From sequence record OR545507.1: a DNA stretch of 64,000 nucleotides; one strand, given 5' to 3'. Below, piece by piece: positions 39,403 to 48,280 of this stretch. Both the position numbers and the translations under genes were made by a program. The notes below the pieces were generated by a model that saw only the letters and a list, made by a program, of their open reading frames with translations, was not told where the DNA came from and did not search any database. The number at the start of each line of letters is the position of its first letter. Position 1 is the stretch's first letter.

Positions 39403-41208
39403 TTATTTGTGCTGAATACGCTCACAACACTCTTGTTGTTTGCCTTTATTGAATCCACGCGAAGAAGGATTACCCAAGTAACCAGAAACACGACGAATCA
39501 CTGAGATTGTCTTCTCATTACGATTATCACATACCGGACAGTGGAAACCATGTTTATCTACACTGAACTCACCCTGGAAGCCACATTCATAACAATGGTC
39601 AACTGGTTGGTTAATACCAAAATATGGTATCTTAGTGTACGCATAGTTAACTAATGTTTCAAGTGCTTGAATGTTGTTTGCTAAGTTTGGAGATTCAACA
39701 TAACTGATGTTTCCACCGTTACTTAGGTAAGCAAACCCTTCTTCATAACTCCATTTATCAAATGGAGAACTTTCTACCCATACTGGTTGATGGAAGGAAT
39801 TTGTGATGTAATCACGTTTTAGTACTGAAGGATATTTTGCTTCAATGCAACGTGCAAATTTATAACAAAGCGACTCTGCTGGAGTTCCATATAGACTAAA
39901 AGCAATATTACTTTCTTTTTTGAACTCATCACATTTTACTTTCATATAATTCAGTACTGACATACAAAACTCCTTACTGATAGAACCAGTGAGGATTTCT
40001 GAACATTCAACAAGACCAACATAACCAATACTAATACTAGCATAACCATTGTAAAATAGCTTGTCAATGGTTTCTTCTGCACCTAAACGTGCTAATGCAC
40101 CTTCCATGAACAAAATTGGATTCTGCTTCGCTTTAGTGCCTTTTAAACGCTCCACACGGTTCATCTGAGCACGATATGCAATATTCATGTGCTCGTCTAT
40201 CTTATCAAAAAACTCTCCATCAGAAGCACTCTCAAGAGCAATTAGAGGTAAATTGATAGAAACTACGCCTAAATTGAAACGACCGTTGTATTGTTCATTT
40301 CCATTTGAATCTTCCCATTTTCCTAAGAATGAACGACAGCCCATCGGTGTTACAGCAGTACTACTACTTCCAGTCACTTTGTGATTTAATGGAACTGAAA
40401 CAAAGTCTGGGTAGATTCGTTTTGATGCACAACGCATAGCTAACTGTTTAAGGTCATAATTACTATCATTGGTATTCATGTTTATACCATCTTGTAAAAA
40501 GAAAATTACTTTAGGAAACACTGGAGTAATCTTATCTTTACCTAAACCATTCTCATGAACTTTTAAGTACTGTTCAGTGATTAATTTACCAAATTTAGAA
40601 GTATTAAGCCCTAAACTAAGAGAAATGAATGCAGCTTGTCCATTAGTGCTAATCATTGAATTAGTCTGGTAAAGTAATGTTTGACATCCATCGTATACTT
40701 CTTTTCGTAATTCTTCTTCAATGAACTCATCACTTAGATTATATTTCTTTTGTTTTTCTAACAGCTTATCCCATGACTTTTGGACGTAAGGTTCAAGACC
40801 AACGTCAATATGAGCCAACGATTGTCCACCGTACTGGGAACTGGCAACAGCTTGGACAATTTGTGTCAGTACTGTGCAAGCTACACTGAAACTTTTTGGT
40901 TCTTCAATTTTAGCACAACCAATAGTGAAGCCGTTTTTAAGCATATCAGGATAGTTAACCAAGCAACAATTGGTCAATGGGCTAATATAGTAATCTAAAT
41001 CATGAATATGACCATATCCATCATTATGCCATTGCATTAACTCGGTGGGAATAACATCTTGTGAATAATGCTTAGATAGAATACCTGCTAGTAAATCTCT
41101 ATGTGTATTGACGCATTTTGCATCTTTATTAGCGTTTTCATTAGTAAGATCAGTATTACTCTGATTTAGGAAATTTGTTACATCGGTATATAATTTATCT
41201 AATTGCAT
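39403..41208 (-). CDS. nrdD: Anaerobic ribonucleoside-triphosphate reductase (class III), no ATP cone
   Basis: HIHDLDY, TNCCL, MGCRSFL, NLGVVSINLP, YGTPAESLC, CxxC-CxxC, RVSGYLG; AAGGA RBS before ATG at 41208. Confidence 0.95.
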   Translation of the reverse strand: MQLDKLYTDVTNFLNQSNTDLTNENANKDAKCVNTHRDLLAGILSKHYSQDVIPTELMQWHNDGYGHIHDLDYYISPLTNCCLVNYPDMLKNGFTIGCAKIEEPKSFSVACTVLTQIVQAVASSQYGGQSLAHIDVGLEPYVQKSWDKLLEKQKKYNLSDEFIEEELRKEVYDGCQTLLYQTNSMISTNGQAAFISLSLGLNTSKFGKLITEQYLKVHENGLGKDKITPVFPKVIFFLQDGINMNTNDSNYDLKQLAMRCASKRIYPDFVSVPLNHKVTGSSSTAVTPMGCRSFLGKWEDSNGNEQYNGRFNLGVVSINLPLIALESASDGEFFDKIDEHMNIAYRAQMNRVERLKGTKAKQNPILFMEGALARLGAEETIDKLFYNGYASISIGYVGLVECSEILTGSISKEFCMSVLNYMKVKCDEFKKESNIAFSLYGTPAESLCYKFARCIEAKYPSVLKRDYITNSFHQPVWVESSPFDKWSYEEGFAYLSNGGNISYVESPNLANNIQALETLVNYAYTKIPYFGINQPVDHCYECGFQGEFSVDKHGFHCPVCDNRNEKTISVIRRVSGYLGNPSSRGFNKGKQQECCERIQHK

Positions 41209-41345
41209 TGTACATTCCTTGTATTTTGAAATCATCTGGGGGTGAAGATATTTAATATCACCAGACAACATTATAGCGTCAGAACAGGTTATTTCTCTTG
41301 ACCTATATCAAGGAAAAGTCACATTGCTTTTTATTTGCACAAATA

Positions 41346-41370
41346 GAAAAAGCACCACAAGGGTGCTTTT
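41346..41370. terminator. Rho-independent terminator (bidirectional-looking)
   Basis: AAAAGCACC-acaag-GGTGCTTTT. Confidence 0.75.
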
Positions 41371-41485
41371 AAAGTACTGCTAATATAACAACTGCCCAAA
41401 TTAGCAGTAATACATTGGTTGGTGCGGAAAAAAGCATATATGCAGCAAGTGCACTGCAACCTATGACAAGTTTAGCTAGTCTCAT
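41369..41485 (-). CDS. 38-aa membrane peptide
   Basis: MRLAKLVIGCSALAAYMLFSAPTNVLLLIWAVVILAVL; not in the ORF track. Confidence 0.55.
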   Translation of the reverse strand: MRLAKLVIGCSALAAYMLFSAPTNVLLLIWAVVILAVL

Positions 41486-41708
41486 CTGGACTCCATGTAA
41501 TAGTTACTGTGAACGTCCCTTCTTGAAAACCAAACTCATCTTGTGGGATTTGTTCAGCTAATGGGTTAAATCTTGAATCGAAGGCTTCATGCACATCTCT
41601 CTGAATATCATAGAGACTTTCACCATCGTATTCTTTTTTAAAGATTTCATTCTGCATTGATACGTAACGACCCTCGTATTCTGTCTGGATAGCCATCAAA
41701 TAGTTCAA
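41472..41708 (-). CDS. Hypothetical protein
   Basis: PQDEFGFQEGTFTVTITW. Confidence 0.6.
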   Translation of the reverse strand: MNYLMAIQTEYEGRYVSMQNEIFKKEYDGESLYDIQRDVHEAFDSRFNPLAEQIPQDEFGFQEGTFTVTITWSPDETS

Positions 41709-42057
41709 TAAGTTGGTTTAACGCATAAGAACTGAAGAATGGATTATTCTTTGCAATTTCTATTCGTTTTTCAATATCCATTAATATAATCTCTGGTCTA
41801 CTGAAATTACCTTTACGTCTATATGTTAGTAAACGCTCTTTGTGTCCGTTGAACTGAAATTCAAAATATGTTGATGATGTATAATCACTTCCATCAGGAA
41901 TCGGAATTGAGAAATCAACATTGTACTTATAACCAAATGCAAAAAAATAACCACCATCTTCGAACGGTATAGTTGTATCATTTAGGTGGAAATCTATTTC
42001 ATCTCCTAATATATCAAATATCTTGGTACTTAGAGACATAAAATCATCGGCTAACAT
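41647..42057 (-). CDS. Hypothetical protein
   Basis: 136-aa ORF. Confidence 0.55.
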   Translation of the reverse strand: MLADDFMSLSTKIFDILGDEIDFHLNDTTIPFEDGGYFFAFGYKYNVDFSIPIPDGSDYTSSTYFEFQFNGHKERLLTYRRKGNFSRPEIILMDIEKRIEIAKNNPFFSSYALNQLIELFDGYPDRIRGSLRINAE

Positions 42058-42067
42058 TTTTTTTACC

Positions 42068-42286
42068 TTATTTTATAACTCGACAGTAGTACTGAATAAT
42101 GTAAGGAAATAATGGATTATTCACGTATGTAGCGAAATTAGCTATTGTAACTTTTTTATAGTACGAATTATGAATTGTTATAAGAGTGTGGGGATCTATT
42201 GATTCTCTATTAGAGAGTTCAACATAACGCCCACACTTCATATAAGCCTTACCATAATAATCGTAAATTATGTCATATTTTTCCAT
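42068..42286 (-). CDS. Small hypothetical protein
   Basis: Resembles the 9217/42656 family. Confidence 0.55.
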   Translation of the reverse strand: MEKYDIIYDYYGKAYMKCGRYVELSNRESIDPHTLITIHNSYYKKVTIANFATYVNNPLFPYIIQYYCRVIK

Positions 42287-42646
42287 TTATTCTGGATCTT
42301 TGTTTTTATCAACTGTGTTGTTTTTATTTAAATCAATTTGTAAAGCCATTGCAGCTTCAGCATTTTCTTCATGTGTGCCATTGAATTTATACCCATTCTT
42401 AATGAGATTCACTGTGTAGTACTTATTGTAAAGAAATGCCCACACGACCATTGCAATTGTACCCACAATCCAAAATGACACTGCGTTGAGGATGAAGTAA
42501 ATTACAAATGCACCGATGAACGTAATAAAGTCACCACGAAACAATGCAGGGAATGGTCCAAAGAATAGTGTTGTCCATGAGAATCCAAAGAAACCATCTT
42601 TGCGTTGTCCTACATTTTCATTTTTTAAAGAAATAGTTTTAGCCAT
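42287..42646 (-). CDS. Conserved membrane protein
   Basis: GFSWTTLFFGPFPALFRGD and two TM helices. Confidence 0.7.
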   Translation of the reverse strand: MAKTISLKNENVGQRKDGFFGFSWTTLFFGPFPALFRGDFITFIGAFVIYFILNAVSFWIVGTIAMVVWAFLYNKYYTVNLIKNGYKFNGTHEENAEAAMALQIDLNKNNTVDKNKDPE

Positions 42647-42655
42647 TTTAATCTC

Positions 42656-42880
42656 CTACTTATTATTTGGGTTTGGTATACAGTACACATATACTAGATT
42701 ACTAAAGTGTTCAGTACTGGAATATTTTGCTAACTCAGTAATGTGAAAGTTCTTGTCATAAAACCTTCCACTATTGAATGTTGTTATTTGGCAACAATGT
42801 ATAGGTCTGAAAATATAATAATAAAATATATCATTTTCAACTACAACAGTATGGTTTGTATAACGCTCGATTTTCTTCAT
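42656..42880 (-). CDS. Small hypothetical protein (EHF-LVY-YC family)
   Basis: STEHFSNLVYVYC vs DSEHFTPLVYLYC. Confidence 0.6.
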   Translation of the reverse strand: MKKIERYTNHTVVVENDIFYYYIFRPIHCCQITTFNSGRFYDKNFHITELAKYSSTEHFSNLVYVYCIPNPNNK

Positions 42881-43245
42881 GTGTGGATAATTTCCTTAAC
42901 CCCGTATTCCATAATTGCTAATGTGCAAATTTCACATGGTTTGGCAGGTACAGGAATTCCATCTTTACTTATCCGTGCAATCAGTAAAGTATGAACATCA
43001 GCACGAGCAGCCAGTAAACATGAAATTTCAGCATGAAGAAACTCACCTTGCGGTCGCCCAGCACGAATGGCGAAACCCTTCTGTACTGGGTGAGTCTGTG
43101 TATAAGAATTTGTGCGAGTTGCCAGTACTCGACCTTTTTTATCCAGTGCACGAGCAATCACACGATACCGCTTGTAGTTCCCTACTTGCTCAATAGGTGG
43201 CATCCGGCGTAATTCTTCAACAAGTTTCTCCAATTTACTATTCAT
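42877..43245 (-). CDS. Zinc-dependent cytidine/adenosine deaminase-fold protein
   Basis: LHAE and KPCEIC motifs. Confidence 0.8.
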   Translation of the reverse strand: MNSKLEKLVEELRRMPPIEQVGNYKRYRVIARALDKKGRVLATRTNSYTQTHPVQKGFAIRAGRPQGEFLHAEISCLLAARADVHTLLIARISKDGIPVPAKPCEICTLAIMEYGVKEIIHT

Positions 43246-43856
43246 AAGTCTAAGTCTATACCCTTTTCAAGTGATTTTTCTAGAACCCAAAGTTTACATT
43301 CTTCACTCTCCAAATGTATCTTTGCCTCTTGCTGTTCTCCTATTGTACAAGACTTTATGAATGCACGCAAGGCTTGGATTGTATTTTTTAAATTTTTTAT
43401 GTCATCGATGATTTTTTCTTTGGTTTCTTCATCGATTACACATGAACTCCAACTGTGTCGTTCCTCCCAAACTGTTTTAGCGGGATTATATATTGATTGT
43501 GATGCATTGAATGAATGTATTTTATGAAATTTATCATCTGCTTCCTGTTGGGTATAATCCCCATATGTGTTCAGAACATTTTTGTATAATTCATCAATGG
43601 CCTCTTCATACGTATCACCACCACAATCCAATTGATAATCATGTGCTTGTACCCATTCGTCGTCTTGCTCAATATACATTGGTGAAAGAAATTCTACCCA
43701 AAATTGAGTCTTTGTATTCAATGCTTTGAAATCTTCAATTCGATTTGTCATTGGACACACATCATGAGGTTCAATATCAATCCTAGCTGGAACCATATCT
43801 TTGTTTATGAATTTAGGATGACCCAAAATCCACCAGTACTTTTCCGATGTAGTCAT
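43242..43856 (-). CDS. Hypothetical protein
   Basis: HDYQLDCGGDTYEEAI; GGAG RBS. Confidence 0.65.
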   Translation of the reverse strand: MTTSEKYWWILGHPKFINKDMVPARIDIEPHDVCPMTNRIEDFKALNTKTQFWVEFLSPMYIEQDDEWVQAHDYQLDCGGDTYEEAIDELYKNVLNTYGDYTQQEADDKFHKIHSFNASQSIYNPAKTVWEERHSWSSCVIDEETKEKIIDDIKNLKNTIQALRAFIKSCTIGEQQEAKIHLESEECKLWVLEKSLEKGIDLDL

Positions 43857-43870
43857 AGTAATCTCCAATT

Positions 43871-43898
43871 AAAAAGTACTGCACACGATGGCAGTACT
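43871..43898 (-). terminator. Rho-independent terminator whose stem is two AGTACT palindromes
   Basis: AGTACTGC-catcgtgt-GCAGTACT then TTTT. Confidence 0.7.
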
Positions 43899-43902
43899 GA
43901 TG

Positions 43903-44262
43903 TTAAACGTAACGTTTCTTTTTATAATCATACCCTACTGCTTTGTAAAAGTCAAACAAAGAAGCATGTTCAAATGTAGGTAATAGATCATATGGGTGCT
44001 GATAGTTCGCAATACCAACAATAGCCATCATTGATTCAGCAGTTCTTACGTTATCACTATCCCATTCATCTAAACGCCAAAGTGAGCAAAGTACCTCTCG
44101 TTCATGTTGCTTACCCAGAAAGAATCCAGCTTCACGGTCACGAAATGCACCTACACTGACAGTACTTTTGTACCAGTCTTTTTCACCATATAATGGCATA
44201 CGGATAATATGTTTTTCTTTAGCTTCTCCAAAGCGATGAAGAAATGCTACATAATCACTCAT
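43903..44262 (-). CDS. Hypothetical protein
   Basis: 119-aa ORF. Confidence 0.65.
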   Translation of the reverse strand: MSDYVAFLHRFGEAKEKHIIRMPLYGEKDWYKSTVSVGAFRDREAGFFLGKQHEREVLCSLWRLDEWDSDNVRTAESMMAIVGIANYQHPYDLLPTFEHASLFDFYKAVGYDYKKKRYV

Positions 44263-44429
44263 AATTTATAACCCATTACAGGTTTGGTATGATCCGGTTC
44301 GTAAGACTTTTCAGTACTGAACCCTCTGAAATTTCCACGTCCTGGATTTGGACAAGCCATCCCTTGTATTGAATGCTTACCCTTATCTTTGCCACAATTT
44401 TTACATTTGTAGCCAATTACTTCTTTCAT
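44259..44429 (-). CDS. 56-aa putative Zn-binding protein (CxxC-x6-H-x6-C)
   Basis: MKEVIGYKCKNCGKDKGKHSIQGMACP; ATGA-coupled at both ends; not in the ORF track. Confidence 0.7.
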   Translation of the reverse strand: MKEVIGYKCKNCGKDKGKHSIQGMACPNPGRGNFRGFSTEKSYEPDHTKPVMGYKL

Positions 44430-44659
44430 TGTGCATCCTTCGGAACAGTATTAAGACGTTTGCGATTCACAATCTTCCTGCACATGAGGTTAAGATCTTG
44501 CCCATGACGCATAGTATGACATGCGTATAGTGTTCCTTGATGATTTAGTTTTGTTAAACCTTGACGGATGATTTCAGCATCCATCTCATCAACTTTAGGA
44601 GCACAACCACAGAGAATAATGGATACAAATATTGTTAATGTAATGAATATATTTTTCAT
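44426..44659 (-). CDS. Putative lipoprotein
   Basis: Signal peptide with lipobox LCGC. Confidence 0.6.
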   Translation of the reverse strand: MKNIFITLTIFVSIILCGCAPKVDEMDAEIIRQGLTKLNHQGTLYACHTMRHGQDLNLMCRKIVNRKRLNTVPKDAQ

Positions 44660-44670
44660 GATATTTTTTC

Positions 44671-45051
44671 TCATTTAGTAAAACACGAATTATTACTGAT
44701 AAGTTCATCAAGTACTTTTTGTACTTCGATAGAATTAATATCAACTTTGTAATAATTATAGTTTTTAACTCTAAAATGTTCTTTTGATATATCAACTTTA
44801 AATTCAATAATATCAAGATTACCAATAAAATCAGACTTATCAGTTCTTAAATCCAAAATACCTAATTCCGGTTTTTGTGGTTTACATAAAATCAAACCAA
44901 ATTTATTTTCTTCAAATGCCTGATTAAACATATCATAATAATCACTAATAACAAATCTAATATTATCAGTGCTTAACTTTCCTGATTTTCCTTTTTTATA
45001 AACAGAAACAATGTTTAGTTCAAAGGTTTTACCAAAGCGTGTGATTTTCAT
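44671..45051 (-). CDS. Hypothetical protein
   Basis: 126-aa ORF. Confidence 0.6.
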   Translation of the reverse strand: MKITRFGKTFELNIVSVYKKGKSGKLSTDNIRFVISDYYDMFNQAFEENKFGLILCKPQKPELGILDLRTDKSDFIGNLDIIEFKVDISKEHFRVKNYNYYKVDINSIEVQKVLDELISNNSCFTK

Positions 45052-46019
45052 TTTGGGCTATAACCACTTTTAATTTTAGAAATTACTTTCTTCTCGAAGA
45101 ACTTACGTGCTTCTTCAATAGTTTCGAATTCTTCACCATCTGTAGTACTGGTTTTACCAATAGCACCGTACTCAATAATTACTTCACACACTGGAGCATT
45201 CAATTCAATATTATAGAATTTGTTTGAAGAACCGTGAACATATTCCAAATGTACATTATCAGGAATGTTCTGTACATAATCATAGTTCTTGAAGATAATA
45301 TCAATCATATTTTCTTCGCCGCGATCAGGAAATAGTTCAGTATTATTCAGTACTAAACGCTGTGCAGCACGGAACATATCAAAATATTGTTCGCCTTTTT
45401 TCAGTTCTTTTGTATCAGAACAGAAATGACCATAGTATTCTACATAATCATTCCAAGGATAAATTCCTTCATCAGCAGTTTCAGACACGTAAGTTTCATC
45501 TTGTGGAACTTTAAAACCACGAGTTTTTGGATGAGAAATTAAGCACAGTGAAATATTATGACCGATATCTGAATCATCAGTAATACTACCACCAACCATA
45601 TGAACAACATTTTTAATACTTTCAAAATCTACATCTTCAATTTCATGATACATTAAATGTTCTTCAATATTACTTACTAGTAATGAATTACCATTTCCGG
45701 CATCGAATTCAAAAATGAAAAGTTCTACACAATCTTCTTCTTTCATTTCAATAGTATCACTGAGTTTAATATACTCATTTTTTAATTGTTCAATATTTTC
45801 ATGAGAACCAAAACTATAACGTGAACTGATATAACTACTACCGTCCAACCATCCCATATCCCAAGGTTCTTCTGACATGTATTCTGAGCTATAGAAATCA
45901 GTCAAATCATCTCTCTGAGTACAAACCGTAAGAGAACGAACATTACTAAGACCTTGAACTTCAAGATTCAGTACTGTAGTATTGCCAATTTTTTGTTCAG
46001 AAATAATTTTAGTTTTCAT
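45048..46019 (-). CDS. Protein with C-terminal WGR domain
   Basis: SSNKFYNIEL...IEYGAIGKT...FETIEEARKFFEKKVISKIKSGY. Confidence 0.8.
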   Translation of the reverse strand: MKTKIISEQKIGNTTVLNLEVQGLSNVRSLTVCTQRDDLTDFYSSEYMSEEPWDMGWLDGSSYISSRYSFGSHENIEQLKNEYIKLSDTIEMKEEDCVELFIFEFDAGNGNSLLVSNIEEHLMYHEIEDVDFESIKNVVHMVGGSITDDSDIGHNISLCLISHPKTRGFKVPQDETYVSETADEGIYPWNDYVEYYGHFCSDTKELKKGEQYFDMFRAAQRLVLNNTELFPDRGEENMIDIIFKNYDYVQNIPDNVHLEYVHGSSNKFYNIELNAPVCEVIIEYGAIGKTSTTDGEEFETIEEARKFFEKKVISKIKSGYSPK

Positions 46020-46028
46020 TTAAAATAC

Positions 46029-46219
46029 CTATTGAATTGATTTACGCCATTTGGCTAGTTTAACATTCATGTAAGTAACTCACGTTCCATCTCTTCTGAA
46101 CTCATATTATCGCATTACAAAGCGAACATGTCAAGTGCACAAATGCAAAGATCTACAGCTTCACCTTTGACACCATCTTTACCTGCTTCTTTATATGATA
46201 ACCCATCACGGATGTTCAT
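46029..46219 (-). pseudogene. Decayed MazG/NTP-pyrophosphatase-like remnant duplicating the C-terminus of the upstream gene
   Basis: MNIRDGLSYKEAGKDGVKGEAVDLCICALDMFAL*CDNMSSEEMERELL, then frameshift to YMNVKLAKWRK. Confidence 0.55.
46106..46134 (-). promoter_or_regulatory. Sigma70 promoter TTGACA-17-GATAAT
   Basis: Located inside the pseudogene, upstream of the WGR gene. Confidence 0.65.
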
Positions 46220-46232
46220 ATTTCATATCATC

Positions 46233-46883
46233 CTACTTTTTCGATTGGAACAATGCAATCTGTACGCGTGTAATGAACTCACGCTCTACTTCTTCAGCAC
46301 TGTGTCCTTCATATTGTGTCTTGAAAAGTTCCATTGCTTTTAGTGCCATCTGTACAGAAATGTCTGTAATACTTTCAGTACTGGTACTTTCAAATACATT
46401 TTTGAGGCTTAGTTCATCATCACTAACATCATCAACTTCAACTGGGTTGTTGTTTTGTTCATCAATGTAACGTAAAGCTTTGTACTCTGCTTTTGTTAGA
46501 TTTTCATACCAACGTGGGTGGTGGAACAAATCATGCATTGTAACTTTTGCTGCTTCCATGAGAAGTAATAGCTCTTCATTTCTGCGAATATGTTTTTCTT
46601 CACCTTTATGATTTTTGTAAGTATATGCACAACGCATAATGGCTAATCGAACTTCACCTGCTTTGGTGATAGTGTATGAATGTATTGCATTATCATAATC
46701 ACTTTCCCATTTCTGACCAGCATATTCGTACCAAAGTTCATTAGTTTCCCATTTAATGAAATCAAATTCTAACAAACTGTCAATCAACTTAGCCAAATTA
46801 CCACTGTACTCACGGCTAATGATATTGAAACCACCATTGTACTTTGCAAGGTACAGAATCTTTTCTTGAGTTACATTTTTCAT
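46233..46883 (-). CDS. Hypothetical protein
   Basis: 216-aa ORF; C-terminal helix aligns with the 46029..46219 remnant. Confidence 0.65.
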   Translation of the reverse strand: MKNVTQEKILYLAKYNGGFNIISREYSGNLAKLIDSLLEFDFIKWETNELWYEYAGQKWESDYDNAIHSYTITKAGEVRLAIMRCAYTYKNHKGEEKHIRRNEELLLLMEAAKVTMHDLFHHPRWYENLTKAEYKALRYIDEQNNNPVEVDDVSDDELSLKNVFESTSTESITDISVQMALKAMELFKTQYEGHSAEEVEREFITRVQIALFQSKK

Positions 46884-47221
46884 TACATGTAATCCTTGAT
46901 GTATTTTAGCAGTTTAGATTTCTCTTCGGTACTTAATGATTTCTTGTTCATTAAGTGTTTCATTTCTTGACGTTCAATTTCTTCACATCTTTTAGATTCA
47001 GCTTCAATTCGTGTATTATATTCTTCGTCAGTTTCTTCTCTGGTCCAAATTACATTGTATCCATGAAAACCGCCGTAACCACTGTCTGGTGAAAGACTAA
47101 TGTGACCGTTATATTCAGCACGATACTTATTAAGAGTGTCAATAAAGGTATCAATGCCACACGGTTCAATTTCAATATAACCAATCACTACAGTAACGTC
47201 AATTTTGTTCATAAAGTTCAC
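46883..47221 (-). CDS. Hypothetical protein
   Basis: REETDEEYNTR motif. Confidence 0.65.
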   Translation of the reverse strand: MNFMNKIDVTVVIGYIEIEPCGIDTFIDTLNKYRAEYNGHISLSPDSGYGGFHGYNVIWTREETDEEYNTRIEAESKRCEEIERQEMKHLMNKKSLSTEEKSKLLKYIKDYM

Positions 47222-47239
47222 CTATAAAATTAGGGAGCA

Positions 47240-47797
47240 TTAGCTCCCTTTGTATTGATGTTTACGTTTAGTACTGTATTTCCAGCCAGTACTATGTCTT
47301 GTTCTGATATCGTCCCAATACGATGGTAATGAACGCATCTTACGTCTTCCACGTATATCAGGTTCCCCCTCATCCTTCAGTACTGCACAAGCCATACGAC
47401 GCTCTTGTTGTGTCTTAGGACGCTTGTATCGGGAGTGGTTATGTTTGTACATATACGAACGCTTATGTCGCCATTCCGTATCACGAGCTTTACGTTTATG
47501 TTCCCAGTACTCATTATAGAGTATCATGTATTCACCCATAAGTAAATCAGGAGATACAAGTAATCCTTTTTCAGTACAAAGATAATAACCCACAAACTTT
47601 TCTGGAAACATTTCGTAATAGAAACGGTTCTTCCAAAATGTTTCACGATTCTTTTTGTTGAATTCAGCTAAATCGAATTTCATCTTACTGTGGAAACGGT
47701 CTATACCGTCATGTTCCGCAATGTACTCTAACAGATTATCAATAATCTCAACTTTACCAGAATCGTGATACAACGTAAATGTTTGGTCAAAAAACAT
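47240..47797 (-). CDS. Basic hypothetical phage protein
   Basis: RPKTQQERR...SLPSYWDD...GWK; AAGGAG RBS. Confidence 0.7.
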   Translation of the reverse strand: MFFDQTFTLYHDSGKVEIIDNLLEYIAEHDGIDRFHSKMKFDLAEFNKKNRETFWKNRFYYEMFPEKFVGYYLCTEKGLLVSPDLLMGEYMILYNEYWEHKRKARDTEWRHKRSYMYKHNHSRYKRPKTQQERRMACAVLKDEGEPDIRGRRKMRSLPSYWDDIRTRHSTGWKYSTKRKHQYKGS

Positions 47798-48023
47798 ATG
47801 AAATCTCCTTTAAGTTAAAATAACCTAATGGAAAGTCATTCTTCCTTTAATACATGTTCTCATGATTTGTTCCTTTTGTCAAGATATAGATATAAAAAAT
47901 CCCTGCCAAAAGACAGGGACGAAAAACTGAAATAACACATGGAGTTCTTTTTAATTTAATAAAAAGTATTATTATTCTTATAAAAGTATTTATTAAGAAC
48001 TCCACAATATGTCTTCAAATGAA

Positions 48024-48212
48024 TCAAAAACCTTTCTGAGCTACTAGTTCACGGTACTGTGCACGAGTTAGTACACCTTGTTTGCGTAGAGCTTGAAGAC
48101 CGGATAGGGTTTCACTCTTACGTTGTTCGTACATACGTTGTTCTTTAGATTGAATAACTTTCTCTTTCTTAACTTTTGCTACTGGTTCTTTTTTCTTAGG
48201 TTGTTTAGCCAT
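48024..48212 (-). CDS. Small basic protein
   Basis: AAGGAG RBS; Lys-rich. Confidence 0.7.
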   Translation of the reverse strand: MAKQPKKKEPVAKVKKEKVIQSKEQRMYEQRKSETLSGLQALRKQGVLTRAQYRELVAQKGF

Positions 48213-48243
48213 TTTATATCTCCTTCTGTATTATGATAACAAC

Positions 48244-48272
48244 ATTATATCATGTATGGGACATAATGTCCC
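48244..48272 (-). promoter_or_regulatory. Promoter GGGACA-17-TGATATAAT with palindrome TATGGGACATTATGTCCCATA
   Basis: Near-copy of the 23027-23054 promoter. Confidence 0.7.
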
Positions 48273-48280
48273 ATACAATA

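Noticed and set aside
39403-41271. Intron or intein in nrdD, and the ORF-track start at 41271
   Set aside because: About 600 aa is normal for ATP-cone-less NrdD, the ORF is continuous, and the RBS supports ATG 41208
41472-42057. Possible frameshift joining the 136-aa and 78-aa ORFs
   Set aside because: No CGG or other lesion signature and no homology evidence; plausible natural overlap
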